Source of the DNA: a virus
Taxonomy: Duplodnaviria > Caudoviricetes
Virus record (IMG/VR): IMGVR_UViG_3300025470_000019
Location: 1 to 64,000 of that record
Length of the DNA: 64,000 bases
Reading direction: 5' to 3' (one strand)
The notes below the pieces were generated by a model. That model made no database searches and was not told where the DNA came from. It worked only from the letters and a program-made list of their open reading frames with translations. Shown one piece after another: positions 15,938-24,471 of this stretch (within the stretch, counting starts at the first letter, position 1; each line of letters begins with the position of its first letter). Made by a program: the position numbers and the translations under genes.

Positions 15938-16011
15938 AAGCTGGTGCTCCTCTTAGCATTAGAGTGGTTGGAAGCGGGAACTTCGCGAACCACAATCATC
16001 CTTTATTTATA
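15938..16011 (-). promoter_or_regulatory. Late promoter plus conserved two-hairpin endonuclease leader (copy 1 of 6)
   Basis: TATAAATA..GTGGT-TCGCG-AAG-loop-CTT-CCA-ACCAC-TCTAA-TGCT-aagagg-AGCA-CCAGC-tt-ATG. Confidence 0.75.
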
Positions 16012-16045
16012 TAATTCTAACTTTGAACAGAAAGGAGAGACACCA

Positions 16046-16988
16046 ATGATACTTGCAAAAGCACCCTTACGTGTCAGTTTTTTTCGGTGGTGGGTCGGAT
16101 ATTCCGGCTCACTACCTACAGTGGGGAGGCTCGACCATTTCGACAGCGATCGACAAGTATGTCTATGTCGCTGTAGGTAAGACTCCTCAAAACCACATCA
16201 AGGTCAACTACTCCAAGCAGGAACTGGTGACCAAGGTCGACGATCTTCAAAATGAGATTGTCAAAAATGCCCTGAAGTATTTTGGGATTAAGAACAATAT
16301 CGAGATTACCACGTTTGCTGACATTCCTACGGTCGGAACAGGTCTAGCAGGTTCATCGGCATTCACCTGCGCATTGGTCGCTGCTCTTGCAGAATATTGC
16401 GGATTCTCTCGTTATAGCGAATATGAGCTAGCCGAGGCTGCTTGTCAAATTGAAATTCTAATGTGTGGTTGGAATATTGGAAAGCAGGATCAGTATGCTT
16501 CGGCTTTTGGTGGCATGAATTATATTCGCTACCTAAGCAGCGATAAGGTTAATGTCAGTAAGATGGATCCCAACGGAATTGATCACAACATGCTGCTGAT
16601 TCCGACGAACATTCAGCGCCATGCTGCTGAGGTCTTGAATAAGATCGACTTCAACGACAAGACTCCAGTCATCAGAGAACTTTCTCACATGGCTGATCTC
16701 CAATATCGTTATGAACCTACTCTTGAGCTTTATGGTCCTCTGCTGAACGAAGCATGGAAATATAAGAAACAGATGGAAGGCGGTATCAGCAATCCAGAGA
16801 TTGATGAGATGTATGAGCGTTGTAGAGAGGCTGGTGCGACTGGAGCGAAACTTCTTGGTGCAGGTGGTGGTGGCTATATGCTGGCTCTGACCGACAACAA
16901 GAATAAGATCAGAGCTGAATTCAACGATAGATGTTGCCTCGAAGTAAGAGTTGCTCTTGACGGAGCCAAGGTTGTTTACAAGGATTGA
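16046..16988 (+). CDS. hddA: GHMP sugar kinase (heptose-7-phosphate kinase, HddA-like); +1 frameshift in a T7 run near 5' end
   Basis: MILAKAPLRVSF|FGGGSD, GTGLAGSSA, GKQDQY, KLLGAGGGG; frames differ across 16078-16084. Confidence 0.85.
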
Positions 16989-16990
16989 CT

Positions 16991-17587
16991 ATGACGAAGC
17001 CACTGATTAAATTTTCCGATTATACCGATGCTGTGTTTGACGCAATGGAGAGTGTAGATGAACATTCTCTTGCTCTTGTTTATCTAACTCTGAACGAAGC
17101 TCGAGTGAACGGAAGAACTATTTTCGTTTGCGGTAATGGTGGTTCGGCTGCTATTGCTAATCACCTTGTCTGCGACTGTATGAAGGGTGTTGCAGTAGAT
17201 ACTGGAAATCATATGCATGTGACTTCGCTGTCTTGTAACGTTCCTTTGATGACTGCCATCGCTAACGATATCGGCTATGAGGATGTGTTTGCAAAGCAGC
17301 TAGAATGGCAAGCTGTTCCTGGGGATGTTTTGATCGCGATTAGCTCTAGCGGCAACTCGCCCAATATCTATAACGCACTTCTTTCGGCCAAGGATGTTGG
17401 AGTTAAGACGATCGCGATTTCTGGATTTACTGGTGGACAGGCTTGTGCTATTGCTGACCACTCTGTCCATATTAAGTCAGATAACTATGGTGTGATCGAA
17501 GACGTATCTCAGTCGGTGATGCATTATATCGCCCAGTGTCTTCGTCGAAATCTTTCCAATAAGAAACCAGAGGACATCATATACTGA
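16991..17587 (+). CDS. gmhA: Phosphoheptose isomerase (SIS), GmhA-like
   Basis: CGNGGSAA, TAIANDIGY, ISSSGNSPN, SGFTGG, IED. Confidence 0.92.
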   Translation: MTKPLIKFSDYTDAVFDAMESVDEHSLALVYLTLNEARVNGRTIFVCGNGGSAAIANHLVCDCMKGVAVDTGNHMHVTSLSCNVPLMTAIANDIGYEDVFAKQLEWQAVPGDVLIAISSSGNSPNIYNALLSAKDVGVKTIAISGFTGGQACAIADHSVHIKSDNYGVIEDVSQSVMHYIAQCLRRNLSNKKPEDIIY

Positions 17588-18063
17588 TGAAGAAGATTGA
17601 TCATGTTTTTCTCGATCTAGATGGGGTTGTGTTCGACTTCCATAGCGCAGTCGGCGATCAGCTCCACGATCGAGAAAAATGGTGGAACGAAGGATTCCCA
17701 AATTTTATCGAGGCTGGTGGCTTCGCTGATCTGCCTCTGCTGCCCGATGCCGAAGAGCTGATGAATTTTCTTAACGAAAACGTATGGGTCACAATCCTAT
17801 CTTCAGCTGGCGGGACTCCTAGGTTTGACGAGATCGTTGATCAGAAACTTGAAGCTCTGCACAGGAACGGAATCGAATATCCAGCGATCATCGTCCCTTC
17901 CAAGGGAGTCAAGAAAGATTTTGCGGGCGAGGGTCGCCTCCTGATTGACGACCATCCTGAGAATTGCCAAAACTTCATCGAGGCTGGTGGTGAGGCTATC
18001 GTCCACATCGACGCTGCAACCACGATAGCTCACATCAAAAAACATTACGAATTTTCAAATTAG
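17587..18063 (+). CDS. HAD phosphatase, 5'(3')-deoxyribonucleotidase-like
   Basis: FLDLDGV, LLIDDHPEN...GGEAI. Confidence 0.8.
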   Translation: MKKIDHVFLDLDGVVFDFHSAVGDQLHDREKWWNEGFPNFIEAGGFADLPLLPDAEELMNFLNENVWVTILSSAGGTPRFDEIVDQKLEALHRNGIEYPAIIVPSKGVKKDFAGEGRLLIDDHPENCQNFIEAGGEAIVHIDAATTIAHIKKHYEFSN

Positions 18064-18099
18064 TGCTTTACCTTTTTTCAAATCTAGGTTAGAATGAAT
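18064..18099 (+). promoter_or_regulatory. Early-type promoter
   Basis: TGCTTTACC-TTTTTTCAAATCTAGGT-TAGAATGAAT. Confidence 0.8.
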
Positions 18100-18127
18100 T
18101 ATAAGGTTGATTGAAAGGAAGTTTGAA

Positions 18128-18472
18128 ATGATCGTCCAAGTTTTCCACTCTGATCGTGAAATCGGTGGTTTCGTGCATGTCGCTGATATCGATGCCCCTG
18201 AGCATTATGATGCGACTCGTGCCCTCGAGTATGCTTTCCGTCGTACTCAGAACATCGAAGGTTCTTGGTCGATGGGTGAAACCATCGAGTTTGATGGTGA
18301 CACGATTCCTAACATGGACTATGATGCCAGCATCACTGTCGTCCAACCTCTCCGGACTTGGTCTGACGGTCGTGTGATGGGTCATCGTTCTTCGATGATG
18401 TATGACCGCATGATTGTTGATGGTGAAAACTACGAAGTCGATGCTTTCGGCTTCCGGAAGCTGGAGGCTTGA
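18128..18472 (+). CDS. Hypothetical early protein
   Basis: SD AAAGGA; HRSSMMYD...YEVDAFGF. Confidence 0.65.
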   Translation: MIVQVFHSDREIGGFVHVADIDAPEHYDATRALEYAFRRTQNIEGSWSMGETIEFDGDTIPNMDYDASITVVQPLRTWSDGRVMGHRSSMMYDRMIVDGENYEVDAFGFRKLEA

Positions 18473-18474
18473 TT

Positions 18475-18882
18475 ATGACTAAGATTGTTTACAATGCCTG
18501 CTTTGGTGGCTTCGGGCTCTCGCATGAAGCTGTTATGCGTTATGCCGAGATCAAGGGCATCACTCTTTATGTTAATGAGCAGAAGTGGGGTGGTAATGCC
18601 TACGCGACTGTTCCTTGGGATGAATATGATCGTATTCACGCTGAGTGCAAAAAGGAACGCAACTATCTTCGTGCGAATGAGCTGTATTTCAGCTATAATG
18701 ATATTGAACGCACCGATCCTGCGCTGGTTCAGGTCGTAGAGGAACTTGGCGATGCGGCTAATGGTGCGCATGCTAAGCTGCGTATCAAGGAGCTTTCGCC
18801 TGGTACTCTTTACCGCATCGATGAGTATGATGGAAGTGAGTCGGTGATGACTCAGGATAACTATGATTGGAGTGTTGCGTGA
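18475..18882 (+). CDS. Conserved phage hypothetical protein
   Basis: KIVYNACFGGFGLS...RTDPALVQVVEELG...IDEYDGSE. Confidence 0.7.
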   Translation: MTKIVYNACFGGFGLSHEAVMRYAEIKGITLYVNEQKWGGNAYATVPWDEYDRIHAECKKERNYLRANELYFSYNDIERTDPALVQVVEELGDAANGAHAKLRIKELSPGTLYRIDEYDGSESVMTQDNYDWSVA

Positions 18883-19286
18883 ACTACGAATTTCCTAACA
18901 TCTACAACATCGATGACGTACTGTGGGCTATCGAAGGTCGCGATGAGTTCGTCGTTGCCGAGAAGGAAGGATACACTGTCATCAACTACAACGTGATGAT
19001 GGCTGATACGTTTCCTGATGTGATCATTGATGCTGATCCTTATGATCAAGCTTCTGGTGTGGTTGAGCAGCAGGACTATAACGCAGCAATTCGCCGTGAA
19101 TGTAGAGGTCTGATATTCGACTCGAAGACTGGTGAAATCCTTCGTCGCCCTTTCCACAAGTTCTTCAATGTGAATGAGCGCGAAGAGACTCAGGATCATG
19201 TCATTAATCTGTCGCGTCCTCATGCTATCCAGAAGAAGTGCAGGTTGCTATTCCTGTATTTCGCGTTGGTCAAATGGGTCCACTAA
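18879..19286 (+). pseudogene. rnlA: RNA ligase 1 (RnlA-like), truncated just before the KxDG active site
   Basis: RECRGLIFD...RPFHKFFNVNE...PHAI then unrelated sequence. Confidence 0.75.
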
Positions 19287-19507
19287 GCACCGTTCCGGTG
19301 GAACATATTCATCTTGGAATTGACTGGGACAGCAATACCCTGTTTATTACTCCAAAAGGAGACGAATTGCGCGAAATCAATGTAGACGAGATTTCAGCTA
19401 TCATGAAAAAGTATGACGAACTTTGCTGGACTGAATACAAGATTTCCAAGATCAAGCGTGAAAACGAAGCTCTAAAGAAGAAGTTGAAGGAACTTGAAAA
19501 TGATTAA
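19229..19507 (+). pseudogene. 3' remnant of an unrelated coiled-coil gene
   Basis: Open frame EEVQVAIPVF...KLKELEND begins at the ligase breakpoint without a clear start. Confidence 0.45.
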
Positions 19508-19754
19508 CTTTGATATTCTTGGTAAGGCTATTAAAGATGTTGCCGGGTATGCTGCAATTGGAGTTGGAGCCGCTTTGGCAGGGATCACATTTGGTGGTTT
19601 GCTTATATACCTTGCAAGCAAATTTGGATTTATAGTTTTCCCAATCATTTGTTGTTTGTTTTTTCTTGGGATGGGCATCGTCTCTCGTTACGAACATCAT
19701 ACTAGATTGGATCAGGAATCCAAGAAAAAGATGATGGAAGTTTTGACACGATGA
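19494..19754 (+). CDS. Two-TM membrane protein
   Basis: Hydrophobic segments; SD present. Confidence 0.65.
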   Translation: MKMINFDILGKAIKDVAGYAAIGVGAALAGITFGGLLIYLASKFGFIVFPIICCLFFLGMGIVSRYEHHTRLDQESKKKMMEVLTR

Positions 19755-20052
19755 GTTTCCAGCTTCCGCCCGTAAGATGGGAACCTGTAAAAATACCGAA
19801 CGGTGGAAAAACCACGTTTGATGAAATGCGTGAGGGACTGAGTGAGGAACTTTACCGTCAAGGTGATGCCATTCTTGTTTGGGTAAACGAGGGAGACATA
19901 CTATGGCATACGCTTGCAAAATGACTAAGGATTAACAATGGAACTACTTAAAGAAAATAGCCACGACCTATCAGAAGTTTCCGCAGAACGTGATAGACAT
20001 ATGGCCACATTAGATATATGGTCGCTTGCACGAAAGAGACAGGAACTTGAAA

Positions 20053-20232
20053 ATGACTGAAGATCGGGCAACAGTTCTCCTTAATGCTGTTTTGGAAATC
20101 CTTAACAAGTGCGACGAAGGTCCATATGTTAAGGAATTCTTTGGTGAAACTGCTTTTTATGATGGTACTGATTGTGATGGATATTGTCTAAAAGACGATA
20201 TCGAACATTTTTTGGAGTATGGTGATGCCTAA
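20053..20232 (+). CDS. Hypothetical protein
   Basis: Coupled ORF. Confidence 0.55.
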   Translation: MTEDRATVLLNAVLEILNKCDEGPYVKEFFGETAFYDGTDCDGYCLKDDIEHFLEYGDA

Positions 20233-20692
20233 GTGCACAATTCTTGTTGGTGTTCCTGGTTCTGGTAAGTCCACGTGGCTCCAGCAACAGAACGTCGATC
20301 GTGGTGTAGTTGCCTCGACCGATAATGTCATTCAGTATCTGGGTGATCATTTCGGATTTGAATACAACGAAATCTTCAGCGAGACTATCCGTTTTGCTGA
20401 CATGGTCATGGTTCGGCGTATGATCTATAATGCTGAATGCGGTCGAGACATCTATGTCGATCGTACCAATATGTCGGAGAAATCTCGTCGTCAGTTTATC
20501 AACAAGCTGAAGAAGTATGGCTACGAGTTTGAGTGTGTGGTATTTCCGACTCCTGAACCTGAGGAATGGCAGCGTCGACTGAATTCGCGTCCTGGCAAGA
20601 CCATTCCTCAGGAAGCTATCGATCGTATGGTCAACAGCTATGAGATCCCTCTTGAGTCTGAAGGGTTCTCAAAAATTACGGTGATCAAATGA
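20225..20692 (+). CDS. Polynucleotide-kinase-like P-loop kinase (AAA_33)
   Basis: GVPGSGKST, STD, VDRTN, R. Confidence 0.85.
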   Translation: MPKCTILVGVPGSGKSTWLQQQNVDRGVVASTDNVIQYLGDHFGFEYNEIFSETIRFADMVMVRRMIYNAECGRDIYVDRTNMSEKSRRQFINKLKKYGYEFECVVFPTPEPEEWQRRLNSRPGKTIPQEAIDRMVNSYEIPLESEGFSKITVIK

Positions 20693-20970
20693 ATAAGCAA
20701 AGAGTCGACATAGACAACTCCTTTGATTTTGGCTTCAGCACAGTTTCTGAAATTGATCTGAAAAACCGAGAAAATGCTGTAGCCAAGCAGGTTCACGAGC
20801 AGGTCTCTAAGAATGCTCAGAGCAAGGTGGATCGGATGTATAAGATGATTATGCCACTGCTCGAGAATCTGAAAAAGGATTCGGAAACGAATGAGTATAT
20901 CTATTGGCCGAAACGTGCCGAGATCATCGATCAGTTTATCGACAAGCTCGATGATCTGATTGCTGAATGA
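20689..20970 (+). CDS. Conserved T4-like hypothetical protein
   Basis: DFGFS...PLLENLKKD..EYIYWPKR. Confidence 0.7.
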   Translation: MNKQRVDIDNSFDFGFSTVSEIDLKNRENAVAKQVHEQVSKNAQSKVDRMYKMIMPLLENLKKDSETNEYIYWPKRAEIIDQFIDKLDDLIAE

Positions 20971-20971
20971 A

Positions 20972-20997
20972 AAAGGGGAGCCAAGAGCTCCCCTTTC
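20972..20997. terminator. Bidirectional intrinsic terminator
   Basis: AAAAGGGGAG-CCAAGAG-CTCCCCTTT between convergent genes. Confidence 0.8.
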
Positions 20998-21144
20998 TTA
21001 TGGTCGACCTTGACCGCGATATGGCTTGAATGTCGCTCTCTTGCGTTTGTTCATAGAGCTGGTCTTTGGGTGTTTAATGTCTTGGGAAGTTTTCTTCGGG
21101 ATCCGCTCGTGCTTGACGACGATCTGTTTGGGTGCCTTTGCCAT
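20998..21144 (-). CDS. Small basic protein (48 aa), T4-like type
   Basis: MAKAPKQ...KTSSMNKRKRATFKPYRGQGRP, SD GGAG; not in ORF track. Confidence 0.7.
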   Translation of the reverse strand: MAKAPKQIVVKHERIPKKTSQDIKHPKTSSMNKRKRATFKPYRGQGRP

Positions 21145-21172
21145 AATTTTCTCCGTATTTTTCAAAAAATAA

Positions 21173-21204
21173 TGCTTTACCTTTTTTCAAATCTAAGGTA
21201 GAAT
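21173..21204 (+). promoter_or_regulatory. Early-type promoter
   Basis: TGCTTTACC-TTTTTTCAAATCTAAGG-TAGAAT. Confidence 0.8.
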
Positions 21205-21235
21205 GTATTTATAGTGATTGAAAGGGAAAAATGAT

Positions 21236-21505
21236 ATGGCTGCTCCTAAGACCGTCCTCCTCGGTGATCGCGTCCGTTACGAATCTGCTGCTGGTACGAT
21301 CCGTGGTGAAGTGATCCGCATCCGCCGTGCAATGAATGCTGCGAATCAGCTGATCAACTGGATTTACGTTGAATATCACAACGAAAAATCGCCTTCCAAG
21401 AAGTCGATTGCTGTTCTCGCTGAGACTGCCCTCGAGATGATGAAGTTTGTGGTGACGTTCCGCGACATCGACATTCAGATCGCTCGCGGCGAGAAGGCTG
21501 CATAA
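21236..21505 (+). CDS. Hypothetical early protein
   Basis: SD plus ATG after promoter. Confidence 0.65.
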   Translation: MAAPKTVLLGDRVRYESAAGTIRGEVIRIRRAMNAANQLINWIYVEYHNEKSPSKKSIAVLAETALEMMKFVVTFRDIDIQIARGEKAA

Positions 21506-21518
21506 TTTTTCAAAAAAG

Positions 21519-21554
21519 TGCTTTTCTTTTTTTCAAATTTAGGTTAGAATGAAT
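21519..21554 (+). promoter_or_regulatory. Early-type promoter
   Basis: Matches motif. Confidence 0.75.
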
Positions 21555-21578
21555 TATAGCTTGAAAGGAAACATTGGA

Positions 21579-21788
21579 ATGGAAAAGTCTTTTACCACTG
21601 GCGAACTGATCGCTCGTCTCTACGATAATCTTCGGATTATGGCTCCTCAGGGTGCTGAGAATTCCTACATCGCTGGCTACCTTCAGGGTGTTCTGGCTGA
21701 TGTCGCTGAACGTGGTATGGATGAGCTGGTTAACTACGTTGACTGGACTAACCAGCGTGTTGAAGCCAAGGCTAAGGGAGTTGCTTGA
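21579..21788 (+). CDS. Hypothetical early protein
   Basis: SD plus ATG after promoter. Confidence 0.6.
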   Translation: MEKSFTTGELIARLYDNLRIMAPQGAENSYIAGYLQGVLADVAERGMDELVNYVDWTNQRVEAKAKGVA

Positions 21789-21789
21789 A

Positions 21790-21990
21790 ATGACCTATGA
21801 AGAATTTGACAACATGTATGACGCCTCCTATGATCTCCAGGATGAGCATATGGAGTATATCATGGAAAACTGCCACGGTGAGCGTGCGATCTGCAATGGC
21901 GACAGTCTGATTGAGGCTCAGGAAGATGGCTACCTTTATGAGGATTTCCGCGACCACTATATTGAAAAGTGGGTCATGGTGAACGCATAA
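21790..21990 (+). CDS. Acidic hypothetical protein
   Basis: YMEYIMEN...RAICNGDSLI. Confidence 0.6.
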   Translation: MTYEEFDNMYDASYDLQDEHMEYIMENCHGERAICNGDSLIEAQEDGYLYEDFRDHYIEKWVMVNA

Positions 21991-21992
21991 AG

Positions 21993-22028
21993 TGCTTTCC
22001 TTATTTTCAAATTTAGGTTAGAATGAAT
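21993..22028 (+). promoter_or_regulatory. Early-type promoter
   Basis: Matches motif. Confidence 0.75.
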
Positions 22029-22050
22029 TATTGGATTGAAAGGATTTGTT

Positions 22051-22617
22051 ATGCTTCGCAATATTCATGAATTGAGCAACCAAACTTTCTCTGACGTCCA
22101 GAGCGATTATTTTGTTGCAAGAAAGATTTTGGGCTATATGACCAGCGGTCAGATTTTGGTTGAAGACCCGATGACTCGAGAACTCCTCACCAGCGGTCAA
22201 AACCAATATGGCTTTGAAAAGCTCTTTGAGCTTCTGGCTCGTCTCGGTATGTTTCATGCAGGCAATATGGGCGAGATTATCTATTGCCTGGAAAACAAAG
22301 ATTCTTTGGCCAAGCGGAATCATTCTCCGTGTGACACGGTCAAAGGTGCTGAAGTCAAGACTTCCAAGAGCATTCGGAAGCACACGAATCCAAAAACTGG
22401 AAAGTTTTCATATTATTTTCGAATTTCCGGTCTGGAGAAGAAAGATCGATCGAAGGTCGCTGTCGGAATCAACTATGGCGGTATGCGCCAAACTGCGATT
22501 CTCGATCTGACGGGTCACACCGGAAAGCACCTGAATATTCCCTGCAACGCACATGGCGTGATCAAGAAGAACACCAAGTGGGGTCAGTTTTTTGAAATGA
22601 AATCTATCGCAGCATAA
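22051..22617 (+). CDS. Hypothetical early protein, possible PD-(D/E)XK nuclease
   Basis: GEII...CDTVKGAEVKTS resembles the D-x-E-x-K core. Confidence 0.6.
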   Translation: MLRNIHELSNQTFSDVQSDYFVARKILGYMTSGQILVEDPMTRELLTSGQNQYGFEKLFELLARLGMFHAGNMGEIIYCLENKDSLAKRNHSPCDTVKGAEVKTSKSIRKHTNPKTGKFSYYFRISGLEKKDRSKVAVGINYGGMRQTAILDLTGHTGKHLNIPCNAHGVIKKNTKWGQFFEMKSIAA

Positions 22618-22622
22618 AATAA

Positions 22623-22658
22623 TGCTTTACCTTTTTTCAAATTTAGGTTAGAATGAAT
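22623..22658 (+). promoter_or_regulatory. Early-type promoter
   Basis: Matches motif. Confidence 0.8.
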
Positions 22659-22679
22659 TATAGCTTGAAAGGAACTGAT

Positions 22680-23009
22680 ATGACAAATTTTGACCGTGCC
22701 ACCCTCAAGGCTCTCCGCTCGGAAATGGCGGCTGTCCTCGAAAAGTTCGGCATGTCTCGATCGCTCTTCACCGATGCCTATGGGAGCTTGATCAGTAAGC
22801 TGATTGCGGCGCGAATGGCTGCAGGGCTAAGGCAGACCGATGTTGCTAAGCGCCTCGGGAAGCCGCAGTCGTTCGTTTCGAAGGTTGAAACAGGCGAGCG
22901 GCGATTGGACGTCATCGAGTTCGTTGTCGTAATGCGTGCGGTGGGTGCGGACCCAGTGTCCGTCATGCGGGAGGTTGCGGAGACGGTAACCAGCGACCTA
23001 AAAATCTAA
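22680..23009 (+). CDS. Chimera: 24-aa phage early-gene N-terminus fused to bacterial-type XRE HTH regulator
   Basis: MTNFDRATLKALRSEMAAVLEKFG + MSRS...LRQTDVAKRLGKPQSFVSKVETGERRLDVIEF; GC and codon shift at 22752. Confidence 0.8.
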   Translation: MTNFDRATLKALRSEMAAVLEKFGMSRSLFTDAYGSLISKLIAARMAAGLRQTDVAKRLGKPQSFVSKVETGERRLDVIEFVVVMRAVGADPVSVMREVAETVTSDLKI

Positions 23010-23112
23010 CAGACGACCGTCGCTTGCGCCCAACGTATTATAAAACTTAGGTTTCATAATGACCGCCACCTAAGCGACTGATCCAGAGTCGTTTTCCTCA
23101 AGCGTATGATTT

Positions 23113-23148
23113 TGCTTTCTTTATTTTCAAATTTAGGTTAGAATGAAT
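23113..23148 (+). promoter_or_regulatory. Early-type promoter
   Basis: Matches motif. Confidence 0.75.
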
Positions 23149-23195
23149 AATAGGAAAGGGAATGGTTCCCTCTCCTCTCTTAAAGGAATTATATT

Positions 23196-24158
23196 ATGGC
23201 TCATGAACTCGAAATGATCGGTGATCGCGCTTCGATGGCTTATGCTGGCGATCTCCCTTGGCACGGTCTCGGCACCAAGGTGTCGAATGACCTGACTCCC
23301 GACCAAATGATGAAGGCTGCTGGTCTCGACTGGACGGTCGACAAGGTTCCCGTCTACGCCGATGTCTATGGCAAGCAGGTCGACGTTGGTCGTCAGGCTC
23401 TCGTTCGCTCGTCGGATCATAAGGTCCTCGACATTATCAGCGACGGCTGGAATCCCGTCCAGAACCACGAGGCTTTCGAATTCTTCAATGATTTCGTTGC
23501 CGCTGGCGATATGGAGATGCATACTGCAGGCTCGCTGAAGGGTGGGCTGAAGGTCTGGGCGCTCGCCAAGGTCAATGAGTCCTTCGAGATCAATGGTGGT
23601 GATCAGGTTGATGGCTACCTTCTCTTCTCCAACCCTCACCAGTACGGTGCTAGCGTCGATGTGCGCTTCACTCCGATCCGTGTGGTTTGCAATAACACGC
23701 TGACCATGGCTCTCGGTAGCAAGGCTGAAAAGATGTTCCGCCTTAACCACCGTCGTCAGTTTGACGCCGACATGGCCAAGGAGGTCCTGGGCGTTTCTAA
23801 GGACAAGCTGGCTCGCTACAAGGAAATGGCGGCTTACCTGTCGACCAAGCGTTTCACCAACGAGTCGATCGTCGAGTACTTCAACCGAGTGTTCCCGATG
23901 ACTAACGGCGAGAAGGCTAAGACTGGCGAGCTCGGTTCGCGTGCAGCGAATCAGGCTTTTGATGTCCTCGAGAGCCAGCCTGGTGCTGAATATGCTCGTG
24001 GCAGCTGGTGGCAGGCTTTCAATGCCGTCACCTACTCGACTGATCACCTGCTGGGTCGTTCGACGGATACCCGCCTGACCTCGGCTTGGTATGGTGTGAA
24101 TCAGCGCCGTAAGATCGAGGCTGGTAACCTCGCTCTGGAGATGGCTGGTGCAGCCTAA
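23196..24158 (+). CDS. DUF932/DUF945 (TIGR03299-like) protein
   Basis: PWHGLG, AGLDW.V, PVQN.EAF, TAGSLKGG, TPIRVVCNNT. Confidence 0.88.
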   Translation: MAHELEMIGDRASMAYAGDLPWHGLGTKVSNDLTPDQMMKAAGLDWTVDKVPVYADVYGKQVDVGRQALVRSSDHKVLDIISDGWNPVQNHEAFEFFNDFVAAGDMEMHTAGSLKGGLKVWALAKVNESFEINGGDQVDGYLLFSNPHQYGASVDVRFTPIRVVCNNTLTMALGSKAEKMFRLNHRRQFDADMAKEVLGVSKDKLARYKEMAAYLSTKRFTNESIVEYFNRVFPMTNGEKAKTGELGSRAANQAFDVLESQPGAEYARGSWWQAFNAVTYSTDHLLGRSTDTRLTSAWYGVNQRRKIEAGNLALEMAGAA

Positions 24159-24159
24159 G

Positions 24160-24372
24160 ATAGCCTACCTGATCGATGAGAATGCTGAGGCTGAGGCTCG
24201 TGCCAAGATCGCTACGGCTGAGGGTGATGCTAAGGCTACCCAGATTGAAGCCAATGCTATCTCGTCTAACCCCCAGATCCTTACCCAGCGTATGATCGAA
24301 AAGTGGGACGGTCACTATCCTCAGTACGTTGGTGGCGGCTTGCCTCTGCCGACCCTCGCGATCAAGAAGTAA
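24160..24372 (+). pseudogene. C-terminal remnant of an SPFH/prohibitin-family gene
   Basis: EAEARAKIATAEGDAKA...IEKWDGHYPQYVGG; no start or SPFH core. Confidence 0.7.
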
Positions 24373-24382
24373 CTCCCGACTG

Positions 24383-24416
24383 TGAGGGAATCTTTTTTGG
24401 GTTCCCTCACTTTTTT
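24383..24416 (+). terminator. Intrinsic terminator
   Basis: GTGAGGGAATC...GGTTCCCTCAC plus T-tract. Confidence 0.8.
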
Positions 24417-24451
24417 GCTTTCTTTATTTTCAAATCTAGGTTAGAATGAAT
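24416..24451 (+). promoter_or_regulatory. Early-type promoter
   Basis: Matches motif. Confidence 0.75.
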
Positions 24452-24471
24452 AATAGGAAAGGGAGTTTGCT

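Noticed and set aside
15938-16011. Endonuclease leader as an HDV-like/theta ribozyme (reverse strand has TCC loop, GG and GCGAA)
   Set aside because: The covarying strands pair as a simple nested hairpin, incompatible with the HDV double pseudoknot; the SD position favours a sense-strand cis element.
23133-24047. 304-aa minus-strand ORF
   Set aside because: Antisense shadow of the DUF932 gene, which has motifs, SD and promoter.
21173-24451. Promoter repeats with unique intervals as a CRISPR-like or integron-like array
   Set aside because: Intervals are 350-1300-nt ORFs and the repeat has -35/-10 geometry; no attC palindromes or integrase are visible.
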